Below are positions 14,637 to 27,097 of a DNA stretch of 64,000 bases, in pieces. Position numbers and translations under genes: made by a program. The notes under the pieces were generated by a model. It saw only the letters and a program-made list of their open reading frames with translations, was not told the DNA's origin and ran no database searches. This DNA comes from Phoronis australis (lineage: Eukaryota > Animalia > Phoronida), in the NCBI GenBank assembly GCA_002633005.1, contig NMRA01000218.1, positions 391,113 to 455,112 on the forward strand, in the 5' to 3' direction. How positions within the stretch are numbered: position 1 is the stretch's first letter; each line of letters opens with the position of its first letter.

Positions 14637-16479
14637 CTGGTTACAGAGTTTGACTAACACTTTCAGAAGCGTGAAAAGGTATAACAACACGACTTATTTC
14701 ATTAAAAATAACAGCAAATGCATAACAAGTTTTAATCTTTTGCGTTATAGAACTGCATGCTCTTTGCTACAATCATAAAATCTTTTTGCACTTGAATTCA
14801 TTTAGTTTTACATTTTAATTCAAACCCTCACCTGTCTTAATTTCGGAAATATCCAGAAGAACGCCCCCTAGCGAGTGTTCTTTTTCTGACAATAGTTGAT
14901 GGAAATTGGGGCATTATTGCGGAAGCAATCCACTTCTTGAACGATAAGGATAACTGAACCCTATACGCAAGACATTTCATCAACGGTGAAAACGTGTAAT
15001 GTCACTCCGTCAACACAATAACAATATTAAAACCATAAAAAAAAATTTCATCGACGTAAACGGAAAAGTTACAATTCGGCCAAAAATCTGAGTTTTAACT
15101 TTAATGCATGTTGTTATAATTTTCACCATCTTTTCTTTCCCACCTTACCACGACATGAAGCAAAACTTAAACCAAGCATAAAGTTACTCCAACCTCAAAC
15201 GACTGTTACCATGACATAGTACGAAGGAAAAACACACAGTATAAACATTTAAAAGTTCATTTTAACCTTGAATTTTTGCCGATGCACCGTCGAATAATCA
15301 GACTTCATATTCACAATTTTAGAAATGCATATACATGCATGTAGAGTGGTTGATATGCGTCACGATTTTTTATGTTGTGCCACGTCTCGATTGGCTGCGC
15401 GCATTTTAGAGTTCCAAATTAATGAAAGCGAAGCAAAGAATCTCACAGAGTATTAAAGCACTTTAAATCTTACTAACTAAAACGTGTGTATAGCAAACTG
15501 CGTCTTAAATTATTTTACACTACCATTTTCAGACTCCGTGTATGCAACGGCAGAAGCACTTCTGACTTTCGAATCAGTTTGATCTGCTGCGAGTGCATGC
15601 GTCCAGAGAGTACACGCTTGCTAATACTTTAAACACACGCATATCGTTTGATTTATGCTTGAACGTATCATTTCAACATCAGTATTAGTAGACTCTCGAA
15701 GTTTGCATGGGTAATGGCCGTGTCAAATCCATCCGTACGTATCTTATAAGATGTACAAATGATATGTAGAAATCATAGCCTTTGCGTGCAAATCAATGTA
15801 GCACCTAAGACTTGTAGCTTTCCAATCTTTATTTGATAGAAAAGCGCCACCGGGTTCAGGACTTGGTCAAGGCAGCGCACAGTTGAGAATATCTGCAAAG
15901 ATCTACGGAAACAGGAAGTGAAGATAAATTCTTTGCATTATAAGGTGATTTCCTGATTTGTCAAAAAGGGCAATTTTCAGTACCGAATACTTTTTTGATT
16001 TTCCTTTAAAGTTGACATTGACTTGACCAGGTTTGCCAGTGATGAAGATAAACTCGCGTATTGTGATGAGCTGTTGCTCATTTGTTGACTCACGGCACAC
16101 ATGCGCCTCCACAACAGTAGAAAAGTAATCAATTCGAACGCTGTAGTCAACGGGAATTATTTATGAAGATAAACCTTCAAAAACCGAGAATTAGTTAGGT
16201 TAATAAGAGCAACATAAACTGACGTGTGATTTTTCTCGTTATTAATGTTAGTGTTGCCATCTTTAATATAATTTATTTCTTCATATAATTATTAGTATGG
16301 TTGTAGTTATTCTAAGTACTACTATTATTATTTATCATTATTGCTCTTACGGGTTTGATATTGTTATACGATTATTGACTTACAAAATCGGCATTATCAC
16401 ATTTCGTGGTCTGAACATCAACATATTGACCGAGTGCGAAAGTCAGTAATTGTTGTATTTAAGGATTACATCCTCTCAG

Positions 16480-17464
16480 TACATGTATGTCGATCACTCG
16501 TGCTGTCAGCTATATGCACCAGATTTTCCCAAATGGTTATGGAGTTTTCAAAAAAAAAAACTTCCAGGAGATGCTCGAAATGGACAAAGAGCAATCGGGG
16601 CACAAGCCTCTCCAAAATTAGGGTAAAAAAGGTGCCAATTGTCGCGTGACCAAGGACTGTGCTCGGACAATTAGACAGTGCACATAAACATTGTCTGACG
16701 CTATTTCTGGATTTTATTTGGAATCCGGTCGCTCGAGTGGTTTCGATGTGCTTGATGGTAACGGAAATAAAAACTTTCCAGGGTTTGCTAGATAATTTCT
16801 TAAGCTGTGCTGCATTCTTTTGGTGTCCCTGTCGGATTTTTACTGGATGTCTAAACACTGTTGAGTAACAGCAGTTCTGAAAACACGGGTGATTTTGTCC
16901 GCAAAAAAGGCCCGCTTTTCACCATAATACGTTGGAAATATCAAATATCATCTGTTACCGTAGTACAGCGGTCGTTTGCAATGCCAAACGCCGCAAGCTT
17001 CGTGTCAGCACGTGCAGCGTTCTTAGTCCGCACGAATGACGTGTATTGAAAGTCAGTGAACTTTTCTGCCTTTAAAAATGTACAATAGCATAACGGTGCG
17101 ATGTTTTGATGCAAGTCTGCGTGCAACTGGTGGTTTATGTTTTGCTGTCAACTATTGTTGCATTTCGTCCCGTTTTGTTGGCACAAAATCGAACTTCGAA
17201 TTGGACTTTAGTCTCGTAATTGGGGGTTTGACAGCTTTAGTTTACATTGGATTTTTCATTTTTCATATTTTGTATTTTAGTCTTTGCCTACTACAAATGT
17301 ACAAAATGTGGGAGTGACCGAATCATTTTTTCGTCATGGCCACCGAAGCAACACCACCTCTGTCAAAAATGTGATGGCTTGATGAAACTTCACAAACACT
17401 ATATTCAAATCAATAATTTAAATTCTTTCGAAAATCGATTAAGCTCGTAGTACGTTATATGCCT
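16480..17464 (-). mobile_element. Degenerate THAP + HTH (DDE_Tnp_4 / ISL2EU-like) transposase fragment with a TTAA-flanked end
   Basis: FDFVPTKRDEMQQ*LTA (W->stop), LCYCTF, ISVTIKHIETTRATGF, FFTLILERL...ITIWENLV; terminus ...atatgcct-TTAA at 17464..17468. Confidence 0.45.
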
Positions 17465-18899
17465 TTAAGACTTTAATTATATTTCCCGGATTGCTGATTT
17501 TCTTATGTTGAAGTAAGCAAATGTTTTTCTATATTTTGAGTAAATCAAATTTTATAATTCTAACTAATACACAAAAGGTTGCACCGTTGATTTTGTTATA
17601 TATGTATCATTCGATGGCCACCGTGTTTTCTATAGAGGTGTCCAGACGGCCCATGTTGCCCCAGGTGCAACTTCTGCACGTGGACAAACCTTAGTGACGC
17701 GGGTGTGACAACTTACTCCAACTCTTTGAGGTAGTTCATCATGCGCCCGATCAATTTTTTCCCAAACCTGTGGGGACAACAGACTGGAGCAAGGTACTGC
17801 TGAAGCAATTACATGTAATAACTACACCCTTGCGTGATTGAGTATATCCGATTGATGAATTTGATTTTCGTGCCGTGTATATTGTACCATTGCGTCACAC
17901 TCAATTCATTTTTTCTCTTTCCCGTTCATAATTAACAAACAATGAATAAAATAATGTACAGTAACCGATAACTTCAGGAAAGTATCACAAACCGTTGTTT
18001 TCTCGAACTCCCTCCATTTCGCAGTTGAGTGGCCAACAATACAAAGCGTACTAGCTAAATGAGATAGGCCGTATTGCGTCATTTGCAGCCTGCTCCTCTC
18101 ATTTGATGGTCGTCTATTTGGGCACGCAACTTGCACTAGTTCAAATGTCCGTCTGGACATAGTTAAAGACACAAGAATGATAAATTAGGAGGTCACCAAC
18201 TTCGTTTTGAGCTGTATTAGCTCAAACAGCGTGCCCTAATATTGCGTAAATTTGACCATCTCAAAGGCCCGCCAAATTCATGATCACCGACGAGTACTCT
18301 GGATTTTCGAAAGAGCTTCATGAAGCTTTTTTCGGAAACGTCCAGTTTTCAGGAGTGATTTTGCGTCCACAACTGAAAAAGTCTTCAGGGGGATCGTTCG
18401 GAAAATAGAATGGGGTTCGACATTTATGTGACGGTTATCGACTATGGGACACTACAATTGTTTTTCTTTGTTGTTTCTCTGTTGGATACATGTATAACAA
18501 TGCAGATCACCTTGATATCACCTTGAGCGCACATCAGCCGGTTACTGACAACGCTTTCTATTATCTTAAATATAACAAAGAAAAACAAAGTGAACAATGG
18601 ATACACCAATCTACCGAACTCTACGCCACCAGCTTGCGAGACAAGCAGGCTTAGTGCGCACGTCTGATGGACCGGAAATGACATCAGACCACCTGCACTA
18701 TTTTTAATCTGTCCGATATAACGTTGAGCTAACAGACCTGTAACGCATCGAACTGAATGCGCATTACTACTCATGCACGTCTCACGAAACAAAAAAATTA
18801 TATTGACATTCTGTCCGACATATCGTGCGTAATTGGAGCGAATACTGTTGTGTCGAATCGTATGGTGTTACCTGCATGTATCCGTGCATTTTTAGCTGT

Positions 18900-19010
18900 T
18901 TCTTATACAAACGTGCCATATCCGCACTTCTCTGGTGTCCCTCGGGAAAGTGAAGAGCCACAGCGTGGTGAAATACTACGTCGTCACAATCACTACAGAC
19001 GCAACGTCCC
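18900..19010 (-). pseudogene. Second THAP relic
   Basis: GRCVCSDC...VALH / FPRDTREVRIWH.. resembles the 21.3-kb relic; lies in a TTAA-AG (18163) ... CT-TTAA (19376) unit. Confidence 0.5.
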
Positions 19011-20560
19011 GCAAATCCTTATTATACCACATTGTACTGGAAAAGGGGCAGTCTGAATTTCAGACGTCTTTTCACACTAAGTTTCGTCTTCACACAAACC
19101 TGTCTGCATGATAATCGTCAATCTAGCTCATTAATTTTTTTTAACTTACAAAATCACTACTATTCGCCATTGCATATAAACTGTCATCTGATGAACGTCT
19201 TCCACTGATGACATCACGTGGCGGGTAACCAAAAATTATTACGTTTTCTTTAGCATCCATACTTCCTCAATTTTTTCTCAAAACAAGTGCTTCTTTAGTT
19301 AGAGTTTATTTTATAAACCATTAAACATATCCTAAAACCTCAAAAAATGGAAAAATCTATTGTAGGAAAGCTTTAAAGAACAATCGGCCACAAGCATATA
19401 AATACTATGCTAAACGTTGAACAGAATTACATAGACAACACTTTAACAGTTGTTCAGAACATTTTTAAAACAAATATTTCGACGGTTCTTAATTTTGAAT
19501 TTAATTTTGCACAACGGGGTCTTGGCCTATAGAAATGAGCTCACACTGTTCAACTGACTCACAGTCACTTTATTCTAATGTTCCGCGGTCGTACTCTAGG
19601 TAATCCTTATGATCACGCGATCTTACTTGAAGTACAGACGGACAAGTTCCGAAAATAACAAGCATGCTATGGACTCGTGTTATTCAATCAGAGATTGGGC
19701 CACGGAGGGTAAAGAGCGTTGAAGTGTACATAGTAAAAAATTTTATAGAAATATATTGAATGAAACAAACGGCAACCGCGATTGTGACAATGACTTCGAT
19801 GATCAAATGCAATGTTGAACTTTAAAAAGTTTGACGGAATGGTTTGCGCGTAAAACTAATTGAACATTAACACATCATGCACACGACTTCTTTATACTGA
19901 AGATAACGAATAATTGTAACCAGTGACAATGTTCATACATGGATCATTCCTTATTTGCAAACAAACTCAACGCTTTCGCTGCCGATAGCACTCCTAGTTC
20001 GAAAACACATTGACAACAAATTCCCATGAGAGACCTACCACACAATCGGTGTTAACAGTGGGGTGGTTATAGGCGCCATGCTGATTCGTTGGTGCGTGAC
20101 TTTCGTAAGGAATCCTACCAAACGCTGTGTCTTGCAAACCTCAATATTGATAAGATTTAGCCTGTAAACTTTTATTGCTGGTTAACAACAGAACAACTAC
20201 TTAGCGTTGAAAGATTTTGCCAGATTGGATATTAATGATGAAAAATCAGTTAGCAGGAGAGACGTAAAGCGTTGAAATGCACTCACGTCTGCATTGCAAA
20301 CGGCATGCTTTAGTATCAAAAAATTCTCACTTGATGGGACAGAATACATTAAATCTGCCTCAAAATTGGAAGGGATCGTCGACTGTAAATAAAACACTTT
20401 TTGCCACATTCCATGAACATCTGGAACTCTGAAGACCCACATAAACACATGTAAAATTGCCACCCTACTTGGCACGGCATTAGTCAGATCCGTCTGATGC
20501 CACGTTCATTGAAATACACTTTCTGAACATCACAGAGATCCTGCAAAGGGTGTAGTAAAA

Positions 20561-21551
20561 AGGTACAGCTTCGATCCACAAAAAAACAAAATTATCAATG
20601 GAGTAGTACCATGCCTAAACAGTACACACCATGAATTTTTGCACATTTCGAATTATCGGTGGCCACAGACTAAATGTATGACGTAAAATTTAGCCAAATC
20701 CATGATTTTGTGTCACTAGCTCGAAATTTTGATTTCTCCTTCAGTTTTGCCAATTTTCACATTTCCCGTCATGTGACATCATGGGTTGAACACAAGAGAT
20801 CAGCGAATAGCATTGAACAACGACGGAGAGTAGGGAATTTGAAAGCGACAACGATTATGAGCAAGAAATGAACAAATACTATTAGACCGGCAGCCCAGAG
20901 CACTTAGCATAGATGAACGAGGTACCAACATCTGACCACGGGAGCATTTAAAGTCCACCTCAGTATGTACAGAAATGGACGTCTGCCGTTGTCTGCACTC
21001 TGGGTGTGACCCCTGGGGGCCTTACAANTCCTGAATAAAGAGCCGATGTTTCTAAATAGTAAATATTGTCCTTTATTGAACCAGGCCTTCATCGTAACAT
21101 CTCCTCTGATTGGAGTCGAAACACGACTCCTCAAAGTGGGCAGAACACAGAGTGGCTCCGAACAGAATCGCTTGGTCCACGTTGAGGTCCCACACTCTCT
21201 TTCGGCGCACGAAGCGATGCCACTGCTGCGCAACTTTGGCGTCCTTCGGAACACCGAGACGTTCTCGTCTGACTGCTGTTGCCGCTGCAGCCTCCACAAA
21301 CACATCTTTTCACCCCTCTACGAACCTTCTCGACGCTAAATATACTTTATTTTCACATCATTCTATACACTTAGTTGCTGATCCGAACAGTGTGCCGAAC
21401 GACTTGGGTTCAACCTATGACGTTGTACATAATTATTATTTTTTTCAATTTTTACGTGTTTCTTTATGAGCTGTGCACTAAAGGCACTGAAATCAAGTAA
21501 GATGTAATAATAAAATTAATTTTGAGGTACTAGAGTCATGATTCGTACACT
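20561..21551 (-). mobile_element. Probable internally deleted Kolobok-like element hosting the THAP relic
   Basis: Ends aggtaca... / ...gtacact-TTAA; left TTAA degenerate; boundaries tentative. Confidence 0.4.
21050..21313 (-). pseudogene. THAP-domain transposase relic
   Basis: Across frameshifts: MKRCVCGGCS...VSVF..PKDAKVAQQWHRFVRRKR...LCSAHFEESCF (C2CH THAP signature with P, W, F). Confidence 0.8.
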
Positions 21552-24500
21552 TTAAGGTCAGTCGTATCGCTGTCGGTAGGGAAAACAGCTCCAGTTTTGT
21601 TAGTGACCCTTCGAGCAGTTTGGCGGCTAAAGAACGACACTTTCACAAACTCGAAAATAACACAAACTTGAATGACATGTAGGTAGCACAGAATACACCT
21701 AATCCATCGTAAACAGAATTTTGCAGTCGCCTGTCTCCTTGATAGAAACAATCTGACTTGCAGTATTTCATGAAGTTCCGTCATGGAACTCTGAAGACAA
21801 TGTAGGATCACATCTGCCACTTTTTGTGTGGAGGTTTGGCAGATAGAGAAGCTGCCGCCAAAACAGACTGTCTCGAAGATAACGAAATGGACACTGATTA
21901 GGTGGCACAGAATACAGTATCTCTCCTCCTTGCCTAGTACAGTGTATATGCCAGGTTTGAAGAAAATCTGTCAAGGCCAGAGCCCGGGTAAGCGTAAAAA
22001 CAAAACAATTACCAGAAGGGGGCATAGCAGCACTCGGATGCCTCCGAATGTCAACGTCATCCGTTGTCACATTCACACGCACTTGCCAAATTTCATTAAA
22101 ATCCTGTAATGGGATAGTCTATTCATATACATGTAGAATGGCAAACCTGTCAGTAAATACGAGTAGAGAAATCAGTAGCCCGTAATCGAGGCCTGCATGA
22201 CGATTCAAGTAACGCGTTAATCCGTGTTCATAGTACCACAGTGTACAATGTAGTTGTGTGTGACGTGTTGACTGGCCAGTTTGCAATGTTCCGGATCTAA
22301 ACTTTTGACGTTATCGGACTGCGATTCTCGTGTTCCACAGACTGTTATTCTCGTTGTTCTTTCCCTGCAGGACTGAAGACATATGTCTTCCTGATCCCAG
22401 GGGAAATGGACCGAATGAATTAATAAATTCAAAATCCAATAACCCTGTCGAAATCAGACATAGTGTACTTTACTGCTGTAATGACAGTGAATTTTGAGGT
22501 CATCCCTGTTCACTGGATATTTTCGGAGTATTTTCATGATTGGTCCATCCAAGGGAATTCATGCCAATCAGATTGCCTCCAAAACGCCTATATCAAGCAA
22601 GTTAGATGTACTCTGTATATATAGATAGCTGTACACTGTAAATAGTCAGGCCGACTCTCCTGTTGAGGCGATGTTTCAGACCTACAATGTACATGTAAAA
22701 CGTTCTCTTTATTCATAGAAGAACGCCGGCAGGACTTCGATGCCTTTGTACTGTAGGCCTACTAACCACTTGTTGATAGTTGGGATCACATGTGCTCAGT
22801 AACCCCGGCGGGGTACGTTGAGAGCTATAAACTGTCCATTCGCCGAATTCCTGCCTTTTTAGTGGACTTTTGTCTCGTTTTCTCAGACTTTTTGTTTAGT
22901 CTCTGATGAGCCGGGTCCTTTTTGTTCACTTCGCAAAATGGGTGCGCGCGTGGATCAGTGGTAAGCTACCATAAACTAAAAAATTCAAGAAAAGAAATAC
23001 ATTATGCCCGTGTGAGATCAGTGTTATTGAGAGAGAATGCGCTTGTTTTAAGTATGCCTCCCACGCAGACTGACTTCGTCTAATATTCCAATTGTTGTAA
23101 TAGATGTTCTAGTTTTTGGACGCTTGATGTGTTCACACGATATTAATGACACAACCAGTACAGTAGCCAAGACCCGATCCACGCAGAGTAACGGATGTAC
23201 TGTATTAGACGTTGGATTGTACTTTGTGGGCGTTATTTCTGTAAAAAGAGGCCGGTGGCTTAATTGCACTGATAAATCACTCAAACAGTGTACCTACCCC
23301 CCCCCCCCCCATACTACGATTGACCAGTGTACAGACTGGGTAAGTTACACTGACGGCTCAAAATCCATCAGATTTACAGTAGCAACGCTGCAACGTGCAG
23401 TGGGTGGCGTGTTGTCATAAACAGTCGGAACTCGTTGATTAATTTATAATCACAGAAAACATGCAATAGCTGGCAACATTCAGTATTGATTTTTAACTCT
23501 GAGACCATGCGACAATCAATTTCACATCCCATAACTAATGGTGTAGGTGCACAGTGTCATCGACCCATAGGATACAAACGGGACCTCCGGCACTTCGAAA
23601 TATCTACCCTAACTTACACTGTAACTGTAAGTCTCTTTGAAGAAAAGTTTCACTCTCCCAACAGGGCCAGCGCAACAATTTCTTCTGGAGTCCGTGGTAG
23701 CAATTTTCTAGAATTCCATCCAAACGGTTATGGACTTAATGAAAACTGAGCTCTATTTGCTCAAAAATGAACCCTTCTTTGGTTGGTGACCCTACTAATG
23801 AAAGAGAACTCCAGGTGTTAATTACATTGTACGTCTGGAAGCTGGCGTAGTCGACAGCGCTACAAAGTCAACCGTCTTCTGATTTAGTTCGCGATGCCGA
23901 TGCTCAGAAACTTACAAAAATAAAAATAGAGGACTCTGTATACAAATTGATAACACGAACCACACCTGTACACATTTAGGACCCCACGCGTCTATTCAAC
24001 ATTATATGCGTTTCGAGAAATATGTACGATATGTTTGGCGCATAAAGGGCCGATCTAGACTCATGAGTGCAAAGCGGGTCGAAATAAAGCGCTTAATTTT
24101 TTTAAAATATGGATCATAGGCGTGTTTACGAACATGTTGAATTAATATTTTAGCGAACTTTTTCCATTTTTAGTATTTTTAGTTTAAACAGGTATTGAAA
24201 ACATTTGAACAAATGCTTGAAAACGTCCCTGATCATTGACCATACCCAGGTGTTTTGCGTACGCGCCAATAATAATACACAGGCCATGAGTCTAAACACG
24301 TACCCATTGTACACAAGTATTTTGCTACCTGCATGATGTTTTGTTGTACAACACGTCGTTATGACTACAAATCAACGCCACTATGTAAATTTAAAGAGCA
24401 GGGTCCGGCTGAATGCTTCTAAGACATATGTGAAAATGATTCTAACTCAATAAACCGTTAACGGTACTGTAACAAACGGGGCGAAAAACCTCATGCATAG

Positions 24501-24785
24501 ACTGATCTAGGATATTAAAGGGGGGGGTCCAAGGAACTTTAAACGCGGCGTGTAAGTCGTATTCGGAGGGAGACGGAGTGCCTTGGCCCCCTAAATCTGC
24601 TTGATGGCATACTGGAGCTTATATTCCTGAAAATTAAGTCATTGGGACAATAGTGATTGACTGGGCAATTACTCGTATATGTGTTACATGCAATCTGTAA
24701 ATATCACATGTGTCGAATCAATACTCATTTGAAGTTCTTGTCTAACTAGGTTGCACATTAGCAACATACAAAATGAAATACAACT

Positions 24786-25405
24786 TTAAGGTTATCTAGG
24801 ACTCTATGCTGATGTCCAAATTTGGCTAACTTCGGAATATCGTAACTCAGCAACGGGCTTAGTGGATTCGTCTTCAACTTTCAGGTACTATGTTTCAAGC
24901 ACAGTTCTGCAAACCACTGTAGGAATTGTTTTCAAAAAGCTCCCTTTTTACAGAGAACTATCAAAGAATAAGACTTCCATGATTTTCATAAAAAATAAAG
25001 CAGCAAAAAACAAAAACGGAGTATTTTAGAAAACTGTAACAGCATATTCAAGATCTAACACTGAACATCCATTGCATTACATGTATATATATACATACAT
25101 GCATGCATGCATGCATGCATACATACATACATACATACATATATACACAAGTATTAACTAAATTTTGATCATATTATAGATAGTATTTGTCGGCTATCCC
25201 TTTGTTTGCTATCCCTGTGCCTTACTTTTTGCTAAATTTTACTAAAAAGTTATGTTCACGTGTAATCAAGTCAAAAAATTATGGGCTTTTATGTTCACAA
25301 AATATATACTTTTACTGAGTTAAAATCTATGGTTCTGTAGATATTACACTAAACACACAAACCTATCAATAAAGCCCTGCATTTACACAACCTTTACTAA
25401 ACCTG
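24786..25405 (+). repeat. Old interspersed repeat family; other copies at ~3851..4205 and ~45098..45490
   Basis: Shared (ttaa)ggttat start, aa(a)ttt(g)g..aactt..ga..atc..aactcag.aa.gg and tttttgctaaatt..actaaaaag blocks. Confidence 0.6.
25081..25148. repeat. (TACA)/(TGCA) microsatellite
   Basis: Directly visible. Confidence 0.9.
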
Positions 25406-25455
25406 ATAGTTTAACTCACATTGTTAAAACAACGACTTTCCCATCCAGGTCTCGA

Positions 25456-25614
25456 CAGTGGCGGATTTAGAGGGGGGAGGAAATAAGGGGGCCACGCTCC
25501 ACTAAATTTCTCCCAGATTCCATGTGGCAGTTCGGGGGTACGAATGTCTGACGTCAAATTCCTGGCTAATACTCTGCCCTGGCCTCCCCACTCAAAATCC
25601 TGGATCCGCCCCTG
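25456..25614 (+). mobile_element. hAT-type MITE (159 bp)
   Basis: TIRs CAGTGGCGGAT.../...ATCCGCCCCTG; flanks ctcga/ctcta (5-bp TSD, 1 mismatch). Confidence 0.8.
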
Positions 25615-26521
25615 CTCTAACATAAAACAATGCTCCGTTAGTAATCCTCGACAACACTCTAAATTTTCCAGAAAATTTGAAAACTCCTCTGTCTGATTAT
25701 AGGCAAGCGTGACTTACACTTTAGGCGAAATACGGGACAAGTGCGGGAAATGACAACCGACGAGAACCATGATGTCCATTACACAGTGAATATACACTGT
25801 AGGTGCATTTAGCTGGATCCTGCTTTCAACCAATGGTGCACTAGCAAAAGGATAGATTGAAATCACCAAAACAGGGAGTAGCGTTTTGACAAGACACAGC
25901 ATTAAATACAGTTTGTAACGTGGCTCCACACAAACACTACAACCTCCTCTGGAGACGGAATTTCAACAACCAAGCACTGATAACACGTTTTCTTGAGTCA
26001 ACCACATCAATAAATCACCCTCTACTCCAAGTCTATACCCATTTATTAAACATGACAACACACGGCAAAATTATTATCACAAGAATTAGATATTTCCAGT
26101 TATTACTGGACTTCCAAGTTCAACCGCTGTTTGTAGCCTGTACATTATTACATAGGTCTTTGAGTAATGCCTGGTGTAGACAATGGATGTTCAGGTAAGC
26201 AGTGATGGAACTTACAGATCTGATAATATTTAGATATCACATGTCATCCATGAAAAATATATTACATGTTGAACTACATGGTGTTACCATTGATTGAATA
26301 CATAGAATTTTCAAGAAGTGTACAATTACATAGCTTCTGCATAATCTGGCAGCACATTTTCATCAAAGCGAGTGGTATTAAACAGTATAAAAGCTTCTGT
26401 GGACTCGAGCTTTCTCAGAGTCCTTTATTGCACTCGGAAAGACACCGTGACACAACGAATATCGGGCAGAAGCTAGGGTAGCAGTGAAAACCACTATCTT
26501 AATTAAATAACAAGATTTTTT

Positions 26522-27097
26522 TTATAAATCTGCTGTAGCAGCATTATCTAGGTTCTGCAGTATGTAAGTTAAGTGTTCATTGGCTATTGTGTTGAGATCT
26601 CGCGATATGCCCATTAAGATTTGGAAGTTTTCCCTCTTCGTCAACACTCCTGTTGGTGATGCTAATATGTCTGCCAGAGATTTTTGAACTTGACTGATCT
26701 TGGTGAATAAGTCAACATCCAATGGCATTGGAACCAGTTTACACAACTCCGTGAAGTGAGACAGCCAGTTATAATAACCTTGGCTGGCAAAATCAGGATT
26801 TGTGATGTAGTCCACACCAGGCGGCGCTGTGTCCTGTGGTCTGATGGCTGTGGCATTGCCCTGAACAGTTTGCTCTGCTGAAACACTATCCTCGTTGTAT
26901 CCGTTCTGTTTCCCAACATGACTGGCTATATCATGGCTTGTGATTACGGTGCCGCCTTCATCGTATTCAATAATGTGGTACTCTATTTCAACCGATGGAT
27001 CCATCCTTGTGCCTGATTGGTCAGACGCTTCTGCCACAACAGCACTAGCGACCTCTTCTGGGATACCCATCTCCATGGACTCCTCCACATTATTCAC
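26522..27097 (-). CDS. ZF gene terminal exon (acidic linker + helical C-terminal domain)
   Basis: ORF 26522..27106; acceptor ttttggttaag|; AATAAA ~95 nt downstream of the stop. Confidence 0.85.
   Translation of the reverse strand: MNNVEESMEMGIPEEVASAVVAEASDQSGTRMDPSVEIEYHIIEYDEGGTVITSHDIASHVGKQNGYNEDSVSAEQTVQGNATAIRPQDTAPPGVDYITNPDFASQGYYNWLSHFTELCKLVPMPLDVDLFTKISQVQKSLADILASPTGVLTKRENFQILMGISRDLNTIANEHLTYILQNLDNAATADL

Noticed and set aside
22900-22945. Hammerhead core CTGATGAG
   Set aside because: No stem II followed by GAAA
24496-24606. Fourth hAT MITE
   Set aside because: Termini resemble the family but are too degraded, and no TSD can be supported
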